The notes under the pieces: generated by a model | Told to the model about the DNA's origin: nothing | The model's database searches: none | What the model saw: only the letters and a program-made list of their open reading frames with translations | Translations under genes and position numbers: made by a program | Shown here: in pieces, positions 11,031-20,547 of the stretch | Numbering within the stretch: position 1 is the stretch's first letter | Layout of the letters: each line of letters opens with the position of its first letter | Origin: Candidatus Krumholzibacteriota bacterium | Lineage (GTDB): Bacteria > Krumholzibacteriota > Krumholzibacteriia > JAJRXK01 | Direction: 5' to 3' | Length of the DNA stretch: 64,000 bases | Assembly (NCBI GenBank): GCA_963764625.1 | Contig: CAVXTH010000009.1 | Coordinates: 928,001-992,000, forward strand

Positions 11031-13549
11031 TCGGTAGCCGAGTGAAGAAGGCCGAGCTTGTGATCGAGGCCCGGGAGAGTCACTTGGCTCAGGTGCGCGA
11101 TTTTATCGCCCGCATCTGCATGCAGGCCGGGTTCGACGCCGCCGACATCGCCAACTTCAAGCTCGCAGTCGATGAGGCCTGTACCAACATCATTCAGCAT
11201 TCCTATTGCAACCAGGGCGGAGAGATCAGCATCCGGGTGAAGTTCTTTGCCGGTCAGGTCGAGATCATCCTTCAGGACGAAGGAGAGTCCTTCGACTTCG
11301 GATCGGTGGCGGTTCCGGACCTCGATCATTACGTGGCCATCGGCAAGCGTGGTGGGCTCGGGATCTATCTCATCAATCGGATCATGGATGAGGTGGAGTA
11401 CGCGACCGTCGGCGGGACCAACCAGCTCAGAATGCGCATGGATCGGCGTCCCTCGATCGATCGCTGGATCCCGGGAATCCAATTTTCTGCCTTGCACCGG
11501 AGTTTGCGCATGCGGTTCACCCTGCGCGCATCCTTTGGTTTGGCGCTCCTGGTCGTTCTCGCTCTCTCGGTCGTCCACTATCGCCAGCGGCAAGCGATCT
11601 TCGATCAGGATCTCAGCCGGGTCGAGGCGGTGGCGCGCGACTTGGCGGTGCAGTCCCGAAGCGTGCTTGCCAGCAGTGATCCGTATTCGGTGGAGAGGAC
11701 GCTTCTGGAGCAGAGCGTCAGCGAGCTCTCCCGTCACGATTCCACCATTGCTTTCGCGCGCGTCGTGCACGGGACGGACGGCAGCATCTGGGCCGACAGC
11801 AACCTGGACAATCTCTTCAGATCCTGGCAGCCCGAACCGGGCCGGCTGATCAACCACGGCCAGGGGGTGGGAGAGTGGACACGAGTCCAGTTCGACACGG
11901 GAGCGGTTCTGCAGTTGAACTTTCCGGTGAACATGACTGCCCCCACCGGCAAGACCGTGGAACTCGGACGAGTCGTGGTGGGTCTGAGCACCTCGCAACT
12001 GGAGCGTGGCTATCGCTCGGCGCTCCTGCATGCCATGGGAATCGGGTTCATCATTTTGCTGGTGGGAATCCTCCTCATCCTGGTGATGGTGAATCTGTTC
12101 GTCCGACCCATCCAGCAGCTCACCGATGGGGTTCTCGCCATCGGTGACGGTGTGTTGGAGGAGGACATCGAAGTCCATGGGCCCGAGGAGATCTCGACCA
12201 TTGCCGCGGCGTTTAACGAGATCGCCGCCAAGTTCCGCCACGCGCAGTCCCATCTCGTCGAGCAGGAACGTCTGCAAAAGGAAATGCAGCTCGCGCGGGA
12301 GATTCAGCACACCTTGCTCCCCACCACGATGCCTGAACTCTCGGGCTTCGAGATCGCCGCGATGTACCGGGCGGCGGCGGAAGTTGGTGGCGACTACTAC
12401 GACTTTTTCGCGGTGGACGAGGATACCATCGGGATCGTGGTGGCCGACGTGTCGGGAAAGGGAATCCCCGGCAGCTTGGTCATGACCATGATCCGGACCG
12501 CGATGCGCATGGAGGCCAGGGGAAATCACTCGGCCAGCGACGTGCTGAGTCGCGTGAACACCTTCATCACCGAGGACATGCGACGAGGCATGTTCATCAC
12601 CCTGTTCTATATCATTCTCGATTCGCGCAATCGCGTGATCAGCTACTCCTCGGCCGGCCACAATCCCATGCTGCTGTATCGCATCGAGACCGACGAGGTT
12701 TTCTTCCTGAATCCGGCCGGCTTCCCGGTGGGGATTTCGCTGCCCGATCCCGAGTTGTTCTCCAAGACGATCGAGGTGGAACGGGTCCAGTTGCAACAGG
12801 ACGACCTGCTCTTGATCTACACCGACGGGGTGACGGAGGCGATGAACGCGGCACGGGAGCAGTATGGCGAGCAGCGCCTCATCGATTGCGTGCGCAAGAA
12901 CGCGGGCCGGACCGCGGAGGAGTTCATCGCCGCGTTCAACGAGGACATCGCGGCCTTCACTGGCGGCAACGCCCAGAACGACGACATCACCGCAGTCGCG
13001 GTGAAGGAGAAGATGCGTCCGGCCTCTCTGGAGATCGAGCGGCGGCAGCAACTTCTGGACATGGTGGAGCTTGAGGAAATGCCGATCGAGGACGCCTGCC
13101 GGGCCTACGGCACCTCCGTCTCCACTTACTACCGCTGGAGGCGTCTGAAGGAGATGGGTGGGGAAGAGGCTCTGGCCGGCCGGGCGGTCCAGTCCGGATT
13201 GCGCCGGCTCACCGTGGAGGGAAGAGAAGCGTTGGTGGGGTTGGTGCGGACGGATCCGAGCCTAGGTGCCAAGCGCCTGGCCGATCGGCTCTGTGGCTTG
13301 GGTCACGAAGCCAGTGCAAAACTCGTCTACGATGAACTCCTCCGCCTCGACCTGAACAACGAGACCAAGCGGCGCCTCTACTTGCGCCGCCGAGGTTTGA
13401 ACCCGAAAGAGCCCGATTCCCGCCTCAATGGATCCGAGGGATCCCACGGCTTGGACCAAAGCTTGCACGGGGAAAACCAGAGATCACCGGGGGAGGGAGG
13501 GCCGGAAACGCCTTCGCTCGACCCGGAAGACATAAAGTCTCATAACTAG
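11027..13549 (+). CDS. Membrane partner-switching fusion: RsbW-type HATPase kinase - TM - periplasmic domain - TM - HAMP - SpoIIE/PP2C phosphatase - C-terminal HTH
   Basis: LAVDEACTNIIQHSY, DEGESFD, GGLGIYLI (RsbW boxes); two hydrophobic helices; RPIQQLTDG (HAMP); VGGDYYD, ADVSGKG, AGHNP, YTDGVTEA, DDIT (SpoIIE); IEDACRAYGTSVSTYYRWRR (HTH). Confidence 0.9.
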   Translation: MIGSRVKKAELVIEARESHLAQVRDFIARICMQAGFDAADIANFKLAVDEACTNIIQHSYCNQGGEISIRVKFFAGQVEIILQDEGESFDFGSVAVPDLDHYVAIGKRGGLGIYLINRIMDEVEYATVGGTNQLRMRMDRRPSIDRWIPGIQFSALHRSLRMRFTLRASFGLALLVVLALSVVHYRQRQAIFDQDLSRVEAVARDLAVQSRSVLASSDPYSVERTLLEQSVSELSRHDSTIAFARVVHGTDGSIWADSNLDNLFRSWQPEPGRLINHGQGVGEWTRVQFDTGAVLQLNFPVNMTAPTGKTVELGRVVVGLSTSQLERGYRSALLHAMGIGFIILLVGILLILVMVNLFVRPIQQLTDGVLAIGDGVLEEDIEVHGPEEISTIAAAFNEIAAKFRHAQSHLVEQERLQKEMQLAREIQHTLLPTTMPELSGFEIAAMYRAAAEVGGDYYDFFAVDEDTIGIVVADVSGKGIPGSLVMTMIRTAMRMEARGNHSASDVLSRVNTFITEDMRRGMFITLFYIILDSRNRVISYSSAGHNPMLLYRIETDEVFFLNPAGFPVGISLPDPELFSKTIEVERVQLQQDDLLLIYTDGVTEAMNAAREQYGEQRLIDCVRKNAGRTAEEFIAAFNEDIAAFTGGNAQNDDITAVAVKEKMRPASLEIERRQQLLDMVELEEMPIEDACRAYGTSVSTYYRWRRLKEMGGEEALAGRAVQSGLRRLTVEGREALVGLVRTDPSLGAKRLADRLCGLGHEASAKLVYDELLRLDLNNETKRRLYLRRRGLNPKEPDSRLNGSEGSHGLDQSLHGENQRSPGEGGPETPSLDPEDIKSHN

Positions 13550-13605
13550 TGAACTTACAATGGGTTCACTGGCGTAGTTCAAGTAGAGAAAGAGATGGGC
13601 TTTCG

Positions 13606-13965
13606 ATGGATGGGATCATGGTCATTTCGAAGGCGCACGAATCCTGCCCGGAGCAGCAAGTACTCGAGGTGGCAGGCTACATCGACACGACCACTTCGGC
13701 CGAGTTCGAACGGGAGATAAAGTCCCTGATTCAATCGAAGCGCTACAAGATCGTCGTGGACCTGTCGAGGGTCTCCTATATCTCCTCGGCTGGCTGGGGG
13801 ATCTTCATCAGTGTCATTCGCGAGATCCGGGAGAACGGTGGCGACTTGAGGCTGGTCGGAATGGTTCCCGACGTCTACGAGGTGTTTGAACTGCTCGAGT
13901 TCCAGAACATCCTCGAGGCTTTCGCCACGGTGGAAGAGGCGGTGGGCGCTTCGGCAGCCACCTAG
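13606..13965 (+). CDS. STAS-domain anti-sigma-factor antagonist (RsbV/SpoIIAA family)
   Basis: GYIDTTTS...VDLSRVSYISSAGWGIFI with conserved phosphoacceptor Ser; ATG 13606 preferred over GTG 13549. Confidence 0.9.
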   Translation: MDGIMVISKAHESCPEQQVLEVAGYIDTTTSAEFEREIKSLIQSKRYKIVVDLSRVSYISSAGWGIFISVIREIRENGGDLRLVGMVPDVYEVFELLEFQNILEAFATVEEAVGASAAT

Positions 13966-13990
13966 AATGCCGATCGATCCGAAATTCGAT

Positions 13991-14023
13991 AGCGCCGGCG
14001 CCTGACGCCGGCGCTTTTTGTTT
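13991..14023 (+). terminator. Rho-independent terminator closing the 79-13965 operon
   Basis: 10-bp stem AGCGCCGGCG/CGCCGGCGCT, loop CCTGA, followed by TTTTGTTT. Confidence 0.85.
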
Positions 14024-14179
14024 ATGGGTGGCGAAGCCGAGCGGATCGTTCTTAGAGTATGCAGCGAGCCCTCCACGGACATGTCCGTTCTCGCCGCGGG
14101 TGATCTCGCCATGATCGAGCGACGGCGGGAGATTCTGCTCGACCTCTTACGAGAGCCTCCCCGGAGAATTGGATTCGCG

Positions 14180-16415
14180 GTGACCCTCTCAAGTTCTTTC
14201 CTTCCCCTGGCGAAACTGAGTGTCTGGCCGGACGGACTGGCGGACTGGACCCTCGTCACGATCCTTCTGGTCGTCGGACTCTTCGTGGCGTATTTCGCCT
14301 ACCACCGCACCCAACCCGCGCTCGAGAGGTCGAAGCGGTGGACTCTGCGGCTCTTGCGCGCGAGCGCGCTCCTCTTGCTCCTCTTTCTCATCCTCGAACC
14401 GATACTTTTCACCAAGCACAGTAAGGTGCTTCCTCCTTCGGTTCTCTTGCTCGTCGACGACAGCGGCAGCATGAACCTGCAAAACCACGATGGGCGAACG
14501 CGTCTACAGCAAGCCCGGCAGGAGGCGGAGTTCGCGCAGAGGGGACTCGAGTCGCGGCACGAAAAGCCCCAGCTTCTCGTGGCCGAGGGTGCGCGTCGTC
14601 TACGCCGTGCTCCCAACTCGGGACAGTCCGAGGGAACCAATCTGCCCGCTCTCCTGTTGTCCGCCGCGCAATCCCATCTGGAGGACAACCTCCAGGCGAT
14701 TCTGCTCCTGAGCGACGGCAGAAGCACGGATCCCGATCTGCCCTCGCTTCGCGGTCTGCAGCTTCCCGTTTTCACTCTGGCCGTCGGGGACAGCAACGGT
14801 CCGGGGGATCTCCGGCTCGATCGAGTGCACTACCCCACGGTTGCCTACCGGGGTGAGACGATCGAGGTCACGGCCGAAGCGGTGGTGGAGGCGAGTGACG
14901 CGGGGCATAGCCGCGCCATCCTCGAGAGTGGCGCGAGCGCCGACACTGTCAGCTTCTCCTGGCCCCGAGGGGGCGGGAGAATCCCTCTGAGCTTCCAGGT
15001 GCGAGCGGACAGCTTGGGAATGCTGCGTCGCACACTGCGGCTGACTCCCCTCAAAGCGGAAGCACTGCTCGAGAACAACGCCATCGAGATCGGGGTGGAG
15101 GTCTTGAAGGATCGCCTGCACGTTCTTCTCCTCGAGTCGCGACCGAGCTGGGATTTCCATTTCTTGCGACGTCGTCTGGCCGAGGACCCTCGCTTCGAGG
15201 TCCAGGGAGTCTACCGCGGGGTGAACGGGTGGCAGGTCGCGGGAAGTGACAGTTCCTGGACACCGCCCGTGGACGCGGCCGCCGCGTCGGGAGTCGATGC
15301 CTGGGTCTTTGCCTCGCTGGAGGACTTCGCGGAATTGAGTGAGAGAGCGCCGGGGAGTGGGAGCTTCGGTGAAAGCCGGAGCCGGTCTCTTCGTCCTCCT
15401 CGGCGAGGCACACGGCCAGCCGCTCCCTTCGCTTCCGAGCGCCGCCGATGAGCTCCTGCCGCTTCGTCTCTCCCCTTCCGCGCATTGGGAGCGGGCACGC
15501 CATCGGGTGGATCTCCTTCCGGCGGGGGTCAGCCATCCCATCTTCGCCTTTCCCGCCTCGGTGGGAGATGCGGCCACGCGTCTCGCGCAGATGCCGCCCC
15601 TGTGGGACGCGGTCCACGGCCTCAGCCCCAAGCCCGACGCCGATGTGCTCCTGCAGGCCCAGGGACCAAAGAGCACGACGCCTTTACTCGTCCTCGGTCG
15701 CGAAGAGAACGGCACCGTCGCGACGTGGTCGGCGTCGCCGTTGTGGAGTTGGTCGTTTTGGCGACTGGGCAGTCGGGAAGGAGAGGACGTCTACCGGGCC
15801 CTCGTGGGCAACCTCATCTACTTCTTGGCCGAGGGCGCCAGCCGTGACCGTCTGCAGCTCATTCTGCCGCGTCCAGTCGTGGCCAGAGGCGAGGACGCGC
15901 TCCTGCGCGCGGTGGTTCTCGATTCGCGCCGCCAGCCCGACGAGTCCAGTGATCTCTGGATCGAGTGGAGGAAGGAGCTGGCATCTACCTCCGATTCGAA
16001 CGAAGCCGTGTTGGGTCGAGCTCTCATGCAACCCTCGCCGCAGGGACCCGCCGGGGGAAGACAGCTCGCGATTCCTCCTCTGCCTCCGGACCACTACCAA
16101 TTCCGCCTCGCACTCGAAGAGAGCTCGGGCCGCATCGTCTCTCCCTGGAGCTCGCTGACCGTCGATCCCTATTCGGTGGAATACCGGCGGCCCGGTGTCG
16201 ACTACGCCCAACTGACCTCCATCGCTCGAGCCACCGGGGGCCGCGAATTGACCATGGACGAACTGGGTGCGTGGGCCCGCGATTTGCCCCTGAGTTCGAA
16301 GATCAAAGAGAGCCGAGGGCGCACCGCCCTCTGGGCCAGTTTCAAGCTCTTCTTCCCCTTCCTGTTGCTCTTGAGTCTGGAGTGGATGCTGCGGCGCCGA
16401 TGGGGACTCGTCTGA
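14180..16415 (+). CDS. Membrane-anchored VWA-domain protein with Ig-like and GATase-like regions; frameshift at ~15352
   Basis: Two N-terminal TMs; MIDAS elements DDSGSM, GTNL, LLSDG; C-terminal TM ending LSLEWMLRRRWGLV; joins ORFs 14018..15451 and 15339..16415 at a G4 run; start uncertain. Confidence 0.75.
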
Positions 16416-16493
16416 TCCGAGCTTCTCCGTAGAGCCGCCCGTTCCTGCGGACCCTTCCCCCTCATCGCCTCCACCACGCGAGTCTCCCGGGAG

Positions 16494-18131
16494 GTGCGGC
16501 CAGTGGCACGCATTCTCGGAGTCCTCCTGTTTCTACTTTTGCCCGCCGACGCGCTGGCGCAACTCGTCTTGAACGAAGTTCTCTACGACCCGGCGGGCAG
16601 TGACGGAGGCAAGGAGTTCGTCGAACTCTACGCGCGCGGCGAAAGCGCGCTCTCTCTGGACGGAATCCGGCTCCTCTTCGTCAACGGCGCGGCGCCCGAG
16701 CAACCCAGCGAGATCTGGACGGCTCCGGCGGGACTCACGCTATTGCCCGGCGAGTTCTTCGTGATCGGAGGTAGCGAGGTTCTTCCGCGTGACGTCGAGG
16801 CGACCCTGAGTTTGCAGAACGGTCCGGACGCTCTGTGGTTGGCGCGCGGGGAACAGGTCTTGGACCGGCTGGCCTGGGGCGAACTCGAGGGCCTCGGCGA
16901 AGGTGCGCCCGCGCCGGACGTCGCCAGCGAGAGTCTGGGCCGCATTCCCGACGGGCACGATCTGGACGACAACGCAGCGGATTTCCATCCTCTGAGTCCT
17001 CCGTCTCCCGGACTTCCCAACGCGTCCGAAACGAGCTTGCACCTCTTGAGATTCGAGGCCACCCCGGCCTTCGCGCCCCTGCCGGCCGCGGTCACGATCG
17101 AACTGATCGCCGAGGCCGATGGATTTGCTCCGCAGCAGGAATTCTCGCTGCGTTGGAGACTGGACGATGCTCCCCTCGATCAGATGGTGCTTGGCGTCGC
17201 CGCAAAGGACAGCTTGCGAAGCCGCGTGGAGGCATGGATGACGCGCGGGCGCCACCTCGTCGAAGTGAGCTGGGGCTCCGACTCCTCCTCCGTCGCGCGG
17301 ATGGGCTATCAGGTGGGGCCGGGATCGGTCCTGCTCAACGAAGTCATGGCAAAGCCCCGGGCAGGTCATCCCGAGTGGATCGAGCTGAAGCAGGGAATCG
17401 GGGCTCCCGAGTTCCTGGACGGTTGGGAAATCACGGACGCGACCGAGAGCTGGAAAGGGCTCGACGGACTCGGCTTCTCCCCCGACGGGTTCGCGCTCTT
17501 GAGCTCGGACCCCGACGCGATGCGTTCGATCTTCTCCCTCTCGTCGAAGCTCCCGATCATCACCCCTTCGGGCGGTTGGCCTTCGCTCAACAACACCCAG
17601 ACCAAGGGCAGCCCCTTCGCCGACCAGATTCTCTTGCGCGACGCAAGCGGCACCGTCGTCGACCAGCTCGCATACGGCGAAGATCTCATCGCGGACGCCG
17701 GTCGGAGCATGGAGCGCGGCATCGTCAGTTTCGATTCTCCCCGCGCCTGGTTCATCTCGCCCGGTGAGCCCAGTCCCGGCCGGGAGAACGCCGCCGCCGC
17801 GCTCGACACCCCGGCCCAGGGCTTGGCGCTCGAGCCCAACCCCTTCAGTCCCGACGGAGATGGCGAGGGCGACGTCTTGCACGTGCTGCTCCACGCGGAT
17901 CTGACCGGACTGACCGTGCAGGCCGAGGTCCGCGATCTCTTGGGCTCCAAAGTGATCGAGCTGGGCAGCGAGGAGGCGGGAGGAGATCTCCGCCAGTGGC
18001 TGTGGGACGGTCGCGCCGCCAACGGACAGCGCGTTCCCATGGGAGCCTACGTCGTGGTGGTGCAAAGCGAGGGCGGGCAGCACGCGCCGCGGCGCTGGAC
18101 CGCGCTGGTGGCCTTGGGGCGGCGACGATGA
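16494..18131 (+). CDS. Secreted protein with two lamin-tail domains and a C-terminal FlgD/type-B-CTD-like sorting domain
   Basis: Signal peptide (ALA-QLV); LVLNEVLYDP...EFVELY and LLNEVMAKP...EWIELK; C-terminal PNPFSPDGDGEGD...WDGRAANGQRVPMGAYVV. Confidence 0.8.
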   Translation: MRPVARILGVLLFLLLPADALAQLVLNEVLYDPAGSDGGKEFVELYARGESALSLDGIRLLFVNGAAPEQPSEIWTAPAGLTLLPGEFFVIGGSEVLPRDVEATLSLQNGPDALWLARGEQVLDRLAWGELEGLGEGAPAPDVASESLGRIPDGHDLDDNAADFHPLSPPSPGLPNASETSLHLLRFEATPAFAPLPAAVTIELIAEADGFAPQQEFSLRWRLDDAPLDQMVLGVAAKDSLRSRVEAWMTRGRHLVEVSWGSDSSSVARMGYQVGPGSVLLNEVMAKPRAGHPEWIELKQGIGAPEFLDGWEITDATESWKGLDGLGFSPDGFALLSSDPDAMRSIFSLSSKLPIITPSGGWPSLNNTQTKGSPFADQILLRDASGTVVDQLAYGEDLIADAGRSMERGIVSFDSPRAWFISPGEPSPGRENAAAALDTPAQGLALEPNPFSPDGDGEGDVLHVLLHADLTGLTVQAEVRDLLGSKVIELGSEEAGGDLRQWLWDGRAANGQRVPMGAYVVVVQSEGGQHAPRRWTALVALGRRR

Positions 18132-18886
18132 AGTGGCGGCACCTCGGGTGCGTCGTGCTTCTCTGCGCGTTCCCCGCATTCGCCTACTGCACTTCCTTCT
18201 CGGGCTCGAAGCGACTGGAGGCTCTGCCCGGCGACACGTGGATGAGACCGCCATCTGCGCGCTTGCGTCTGGCGGTCGGAGCCCCGGTGGCCTTCACTCC
18301 GTGCAGCCAAGGGTGGATGGAGAGTTCCTGGCGGCTCGGCTCCTCCTGCCTCCTCTGGACCTTGGCGGGACAGCTGCGGGCGGGCGCCTATTCGGAGCAA
18401 GACCTGGGGCTGGGACTTCGGGTCGGCGGTGAGTCACTCTGCGCTCAAGCGCGAGTTCACCGGCAAGGCCGACGAGTGGACGGAATCGCCGGCGAGAACA
18501 CCATGCGCGGCGAGCTGGCGTTGGTTCTGAAGGCGAACGGATTTCGCTTTGGGGTTCAGCAGGAATTCTCTCTGTCCCATGGCCCGGTTGAATTGCCGTC
18601 GATCAGCGCCTACGCGTTCGCCCTCACGGGCGAGTTCTGGTCCGCGACTCTCTTGCGAGAAGACTCCCCGTTTGAAGCCGAGGGCGCCTGGAGCGCGGGT
18701 CTTCAGCTGACGCTTACGGCGCTCTCGCTCGGATTCAAAGGCGACGAAGAGGGAGGAAGTCTTCAGCTGGGTCTCCGTCGCGGGCCCTGGAATTTTCTGC
18801 TGGCACTTCCCGTGGCTTCGAGCATCGACGCGGGTCCCTACCTCGCCTTGGAGATCGGCTGGCCGGAAGGGGGGGCGTCACGATGA
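18128..18886 (+). CDS. Hypothetical exported protein, probable beta-barrel
   Basis: ATGA overlaps at both ends; signal-peptide-like N-terminus; alternating Gly/aromatic/hydrophobic strands. Confidence 0.55.
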   Translation: MKWRHLGCVVLLCAFPAFAYCTSFSGSKRLEALPGDTWMRPPSARLRLAVGAPVAFTPCSQGWMESSWRLGSSCLLWTLAGQLRAGAYSEQDLGLGLRVGGESLCAQARVHRQGRRVDGIAGENTMRGELALVLKANGFRFGVQQEFSLSHGPVELPSISAYAFALTGEFWSATLLREDSPFEAEGAWSAGLQLTLTALSLGFKGDEEGGSLQLGLRRGPWNFLLALPVASSIDAGPYLALEIGWPEGGASR

Positions 18887-20472
18887 CGCGCGCGGGCTGG
18901 GCTGGCTGGCTGCTCTTTCTTCTCCTCGTGCCGCGGCCGCTCGTTCTTCCCGCGCACTCCCAGGAGAGCGACGAGCTGATCGATCAGTTGGAGGAATGGT
19001 TGGTGGAGCCTCTCGATCTCACCACTGCTACCGCGGACGAACTGGCGCTGTTGCCTTGGTTGGACATGGGATTGGCCACCGCGATCGTGAGCCTGCGGGA
19101 CCACGGCGGACTCTCCACTCTCAGCGATCTGGATCAGGTGGTGGGAATGGACGCGGCGCGCCGAACCGCGTTGACTCCTTTCGTCACCCTGCCCCTACAC
19201 GCGCACGATACGCGCTTTCAATTCGATGGACGCAGTAGCTGGAGGCGAGGTGCTCCCTCGGGTCGGCGCTCCCGGCTGACTCTGCAACGCGATCAACTCA
19301 CGGTTCTCGCACAGCGGGACGAAAGAGTGGATTCCCCTGCCTGCGGCGCAGCCAGTTTGAACGAGAGCTGGGGCGCGCTCGTCCTCGGGGACTTTCGGCC
19401 CTCGCTTTCCTGGCCTCTGCTCCTTTCGAATCCCTCTCTTCGCTCCCGTACCGCGAGTCCTTCCCTGTCGAGCGAGAGCCATCTCAGGCCGCGACTTTCG
19501 AGCACCGGCGAAAGCTGGCGCGGTGGGGGTCTCGAGATCGAAGCAAGAGCGTGGCACCTTCTCCTCGCGAGCGGAACGAAGCGCGGTAACCAGGACACGC
19601 CATTTCTCGCCCTCGTCGAGCATCGGTTTCTGAAGTCGAAGCACTCGACGGTGGGGCTTGCTCTGAGGGACGGTCACCAGGCCGGACTCTTCCTGGGCCT
19701 TATGACCAAGCCGCTCAGCGCACGGTTCGAATGGGTGCGCCGGCTCGTCTTTGCTTCGCCCGGTTCGGATCGCATGGCGGCGGCCCTTCGCTTCCAGCGC
19801 GGTCCGCTGCGCTGGAGCCTGGCCCTGACGCAAGCCGGGCCTTCGGTCCTCGGCGGACAGGATCCAATCACCGGGCAAACTCTCGATCGCGAGCACCGGG
19901 TCCTTCAGACGAGCGGGCGCATCAGTGGTGGAGCTTGGACTTTCGCCGCTTTGGCGCGGCAGCGCCGGCGGGGCCGGATCGGAGGCGCTGAGCTTTCCCG
20001 CCGGTGGCAGTTGGAAGCGGCGGGTCCGCTCGCCACGGCTCGTCTCGACTGCCGCCTGAGGGCCGACGAAGCGCCGGGAACGCCCTCATCTTTCACCCTC
20101 AGTGCGCGCTGGCGAGAACGCTCGCGGACGGGGGCTTGGGCGCGGGGACTTCGCGTCCGTCATCAGAGGGACGGCGTGTCGAGCGCCACTCTCGTGGCCT
20201 TGAGCCTACAGAGAGGCGAGTCCTGGCTCTGGCGCGGAGAATGGGCTCTGGCCCGGGGCGACCGCTCGTCTCCCTGGGCGGTCGGGGTTGCCACGGCGGG
20301 CCTCTCGAGCACTTGGCTTTCGCCCGGAGACTCGGGCTTGCTTCTCGCGCTGGCCCGAAGGGACGCCACCTGTAGCGGGGCGCTCTACCTGCGACTGCGC
20401 GGGGATCTGGGGGGCTCCCCAGAGCTTTCGGGAGGGCTCGGGGTTTCCCTTCGACTTCAAACCCCGCCCTGA
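18883..20472 (+). CDS. ComEA-like helix-hairpin-helix domain protein with probable C-terminal beta-barrel
   Basis: Signal peptide; PLDLTTATADELALLPWLDMGLATAIVSLRDHGGLSTLSDLDQVVGM matches the ComEA/HHH_3 pattern; amphipathic strands downstream. Confidence 0.7.
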   Translation: MTRAGWAGWLLFLLLVPRPLVLPAHSQESDELIDQLEEWLVEPLDLTTATADELALLPWLDMGLATAIVSLRDHGGLSTLSDLDQVVGMDAARRTALTPFVTLPLHAHDTRFQFDGRSSWRRGAPSGRRSRLTLQRDQLTVLAQRDERVDSPACGAASLNESWGALVLGDFRPSLSWPLLLSNPSLRSRTASPSLSSESHLRPRLSSTGESWRGGGLEIEARAWHLLLASGTKRGNQDTPFLALVEHRFLKSKHSTVGLALRDGHQAGLFLGLMTKPLSARFEWVRRLVFASPGSDRMAAALRFQRGPLRWSLALTQAGPSVLGGQDPITGQTLDREHRVLQTSGRISGGAWTFAALARQRRRGRIGGAELSRRWQLEAAGPLATARLDCRLRADEAPGTPSSFTLSARWRERSRTGAWARGLRVRHQRDGVSSATLVALSLQRGESWLWRGEWALARGDRSSPWAVGVATAGLSSTWLSPGDSGLLLALARRDATCSGALYLRLRGDLGGSPELSGGLGVSLRLQTPP

Positions 20473-20478
20473 GGGCAG

Positions 20479-20494
20479 TGGTGTGAGGATTGCA
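20479..20494 (+). promoter_or_regulatory. Possible sigma-54 promoter
   Basis: TGGTGTGAGGATTGCA, GG-N10-GC with TTGCA; intergenic, 54 nt before ATG 20548; CAC core missing. Confidence 0.4.
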
Positions 20495-20547
20495 TCTCCT
20501 TTCACGAGGATCCTCCGACGCGAACGTTCTCTCCCTCATGAGGAATC

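Noticed and set aside
10889-13051. Long antisense ORFs (720 aa here; also 34176..35642, 38643..40286, 51672..53042, 57116..58999)
   Set aside because: They mirror well-supported + strand genes, show no motifs, and are expected shadows of GC-rich codon bias
13050-13400. Insertion sequence suggested by the transposase-like HTH
   Set aside because: In frame with the SpoIIE protein; no DDE domain, terminal inverted repeats or target duplication seen
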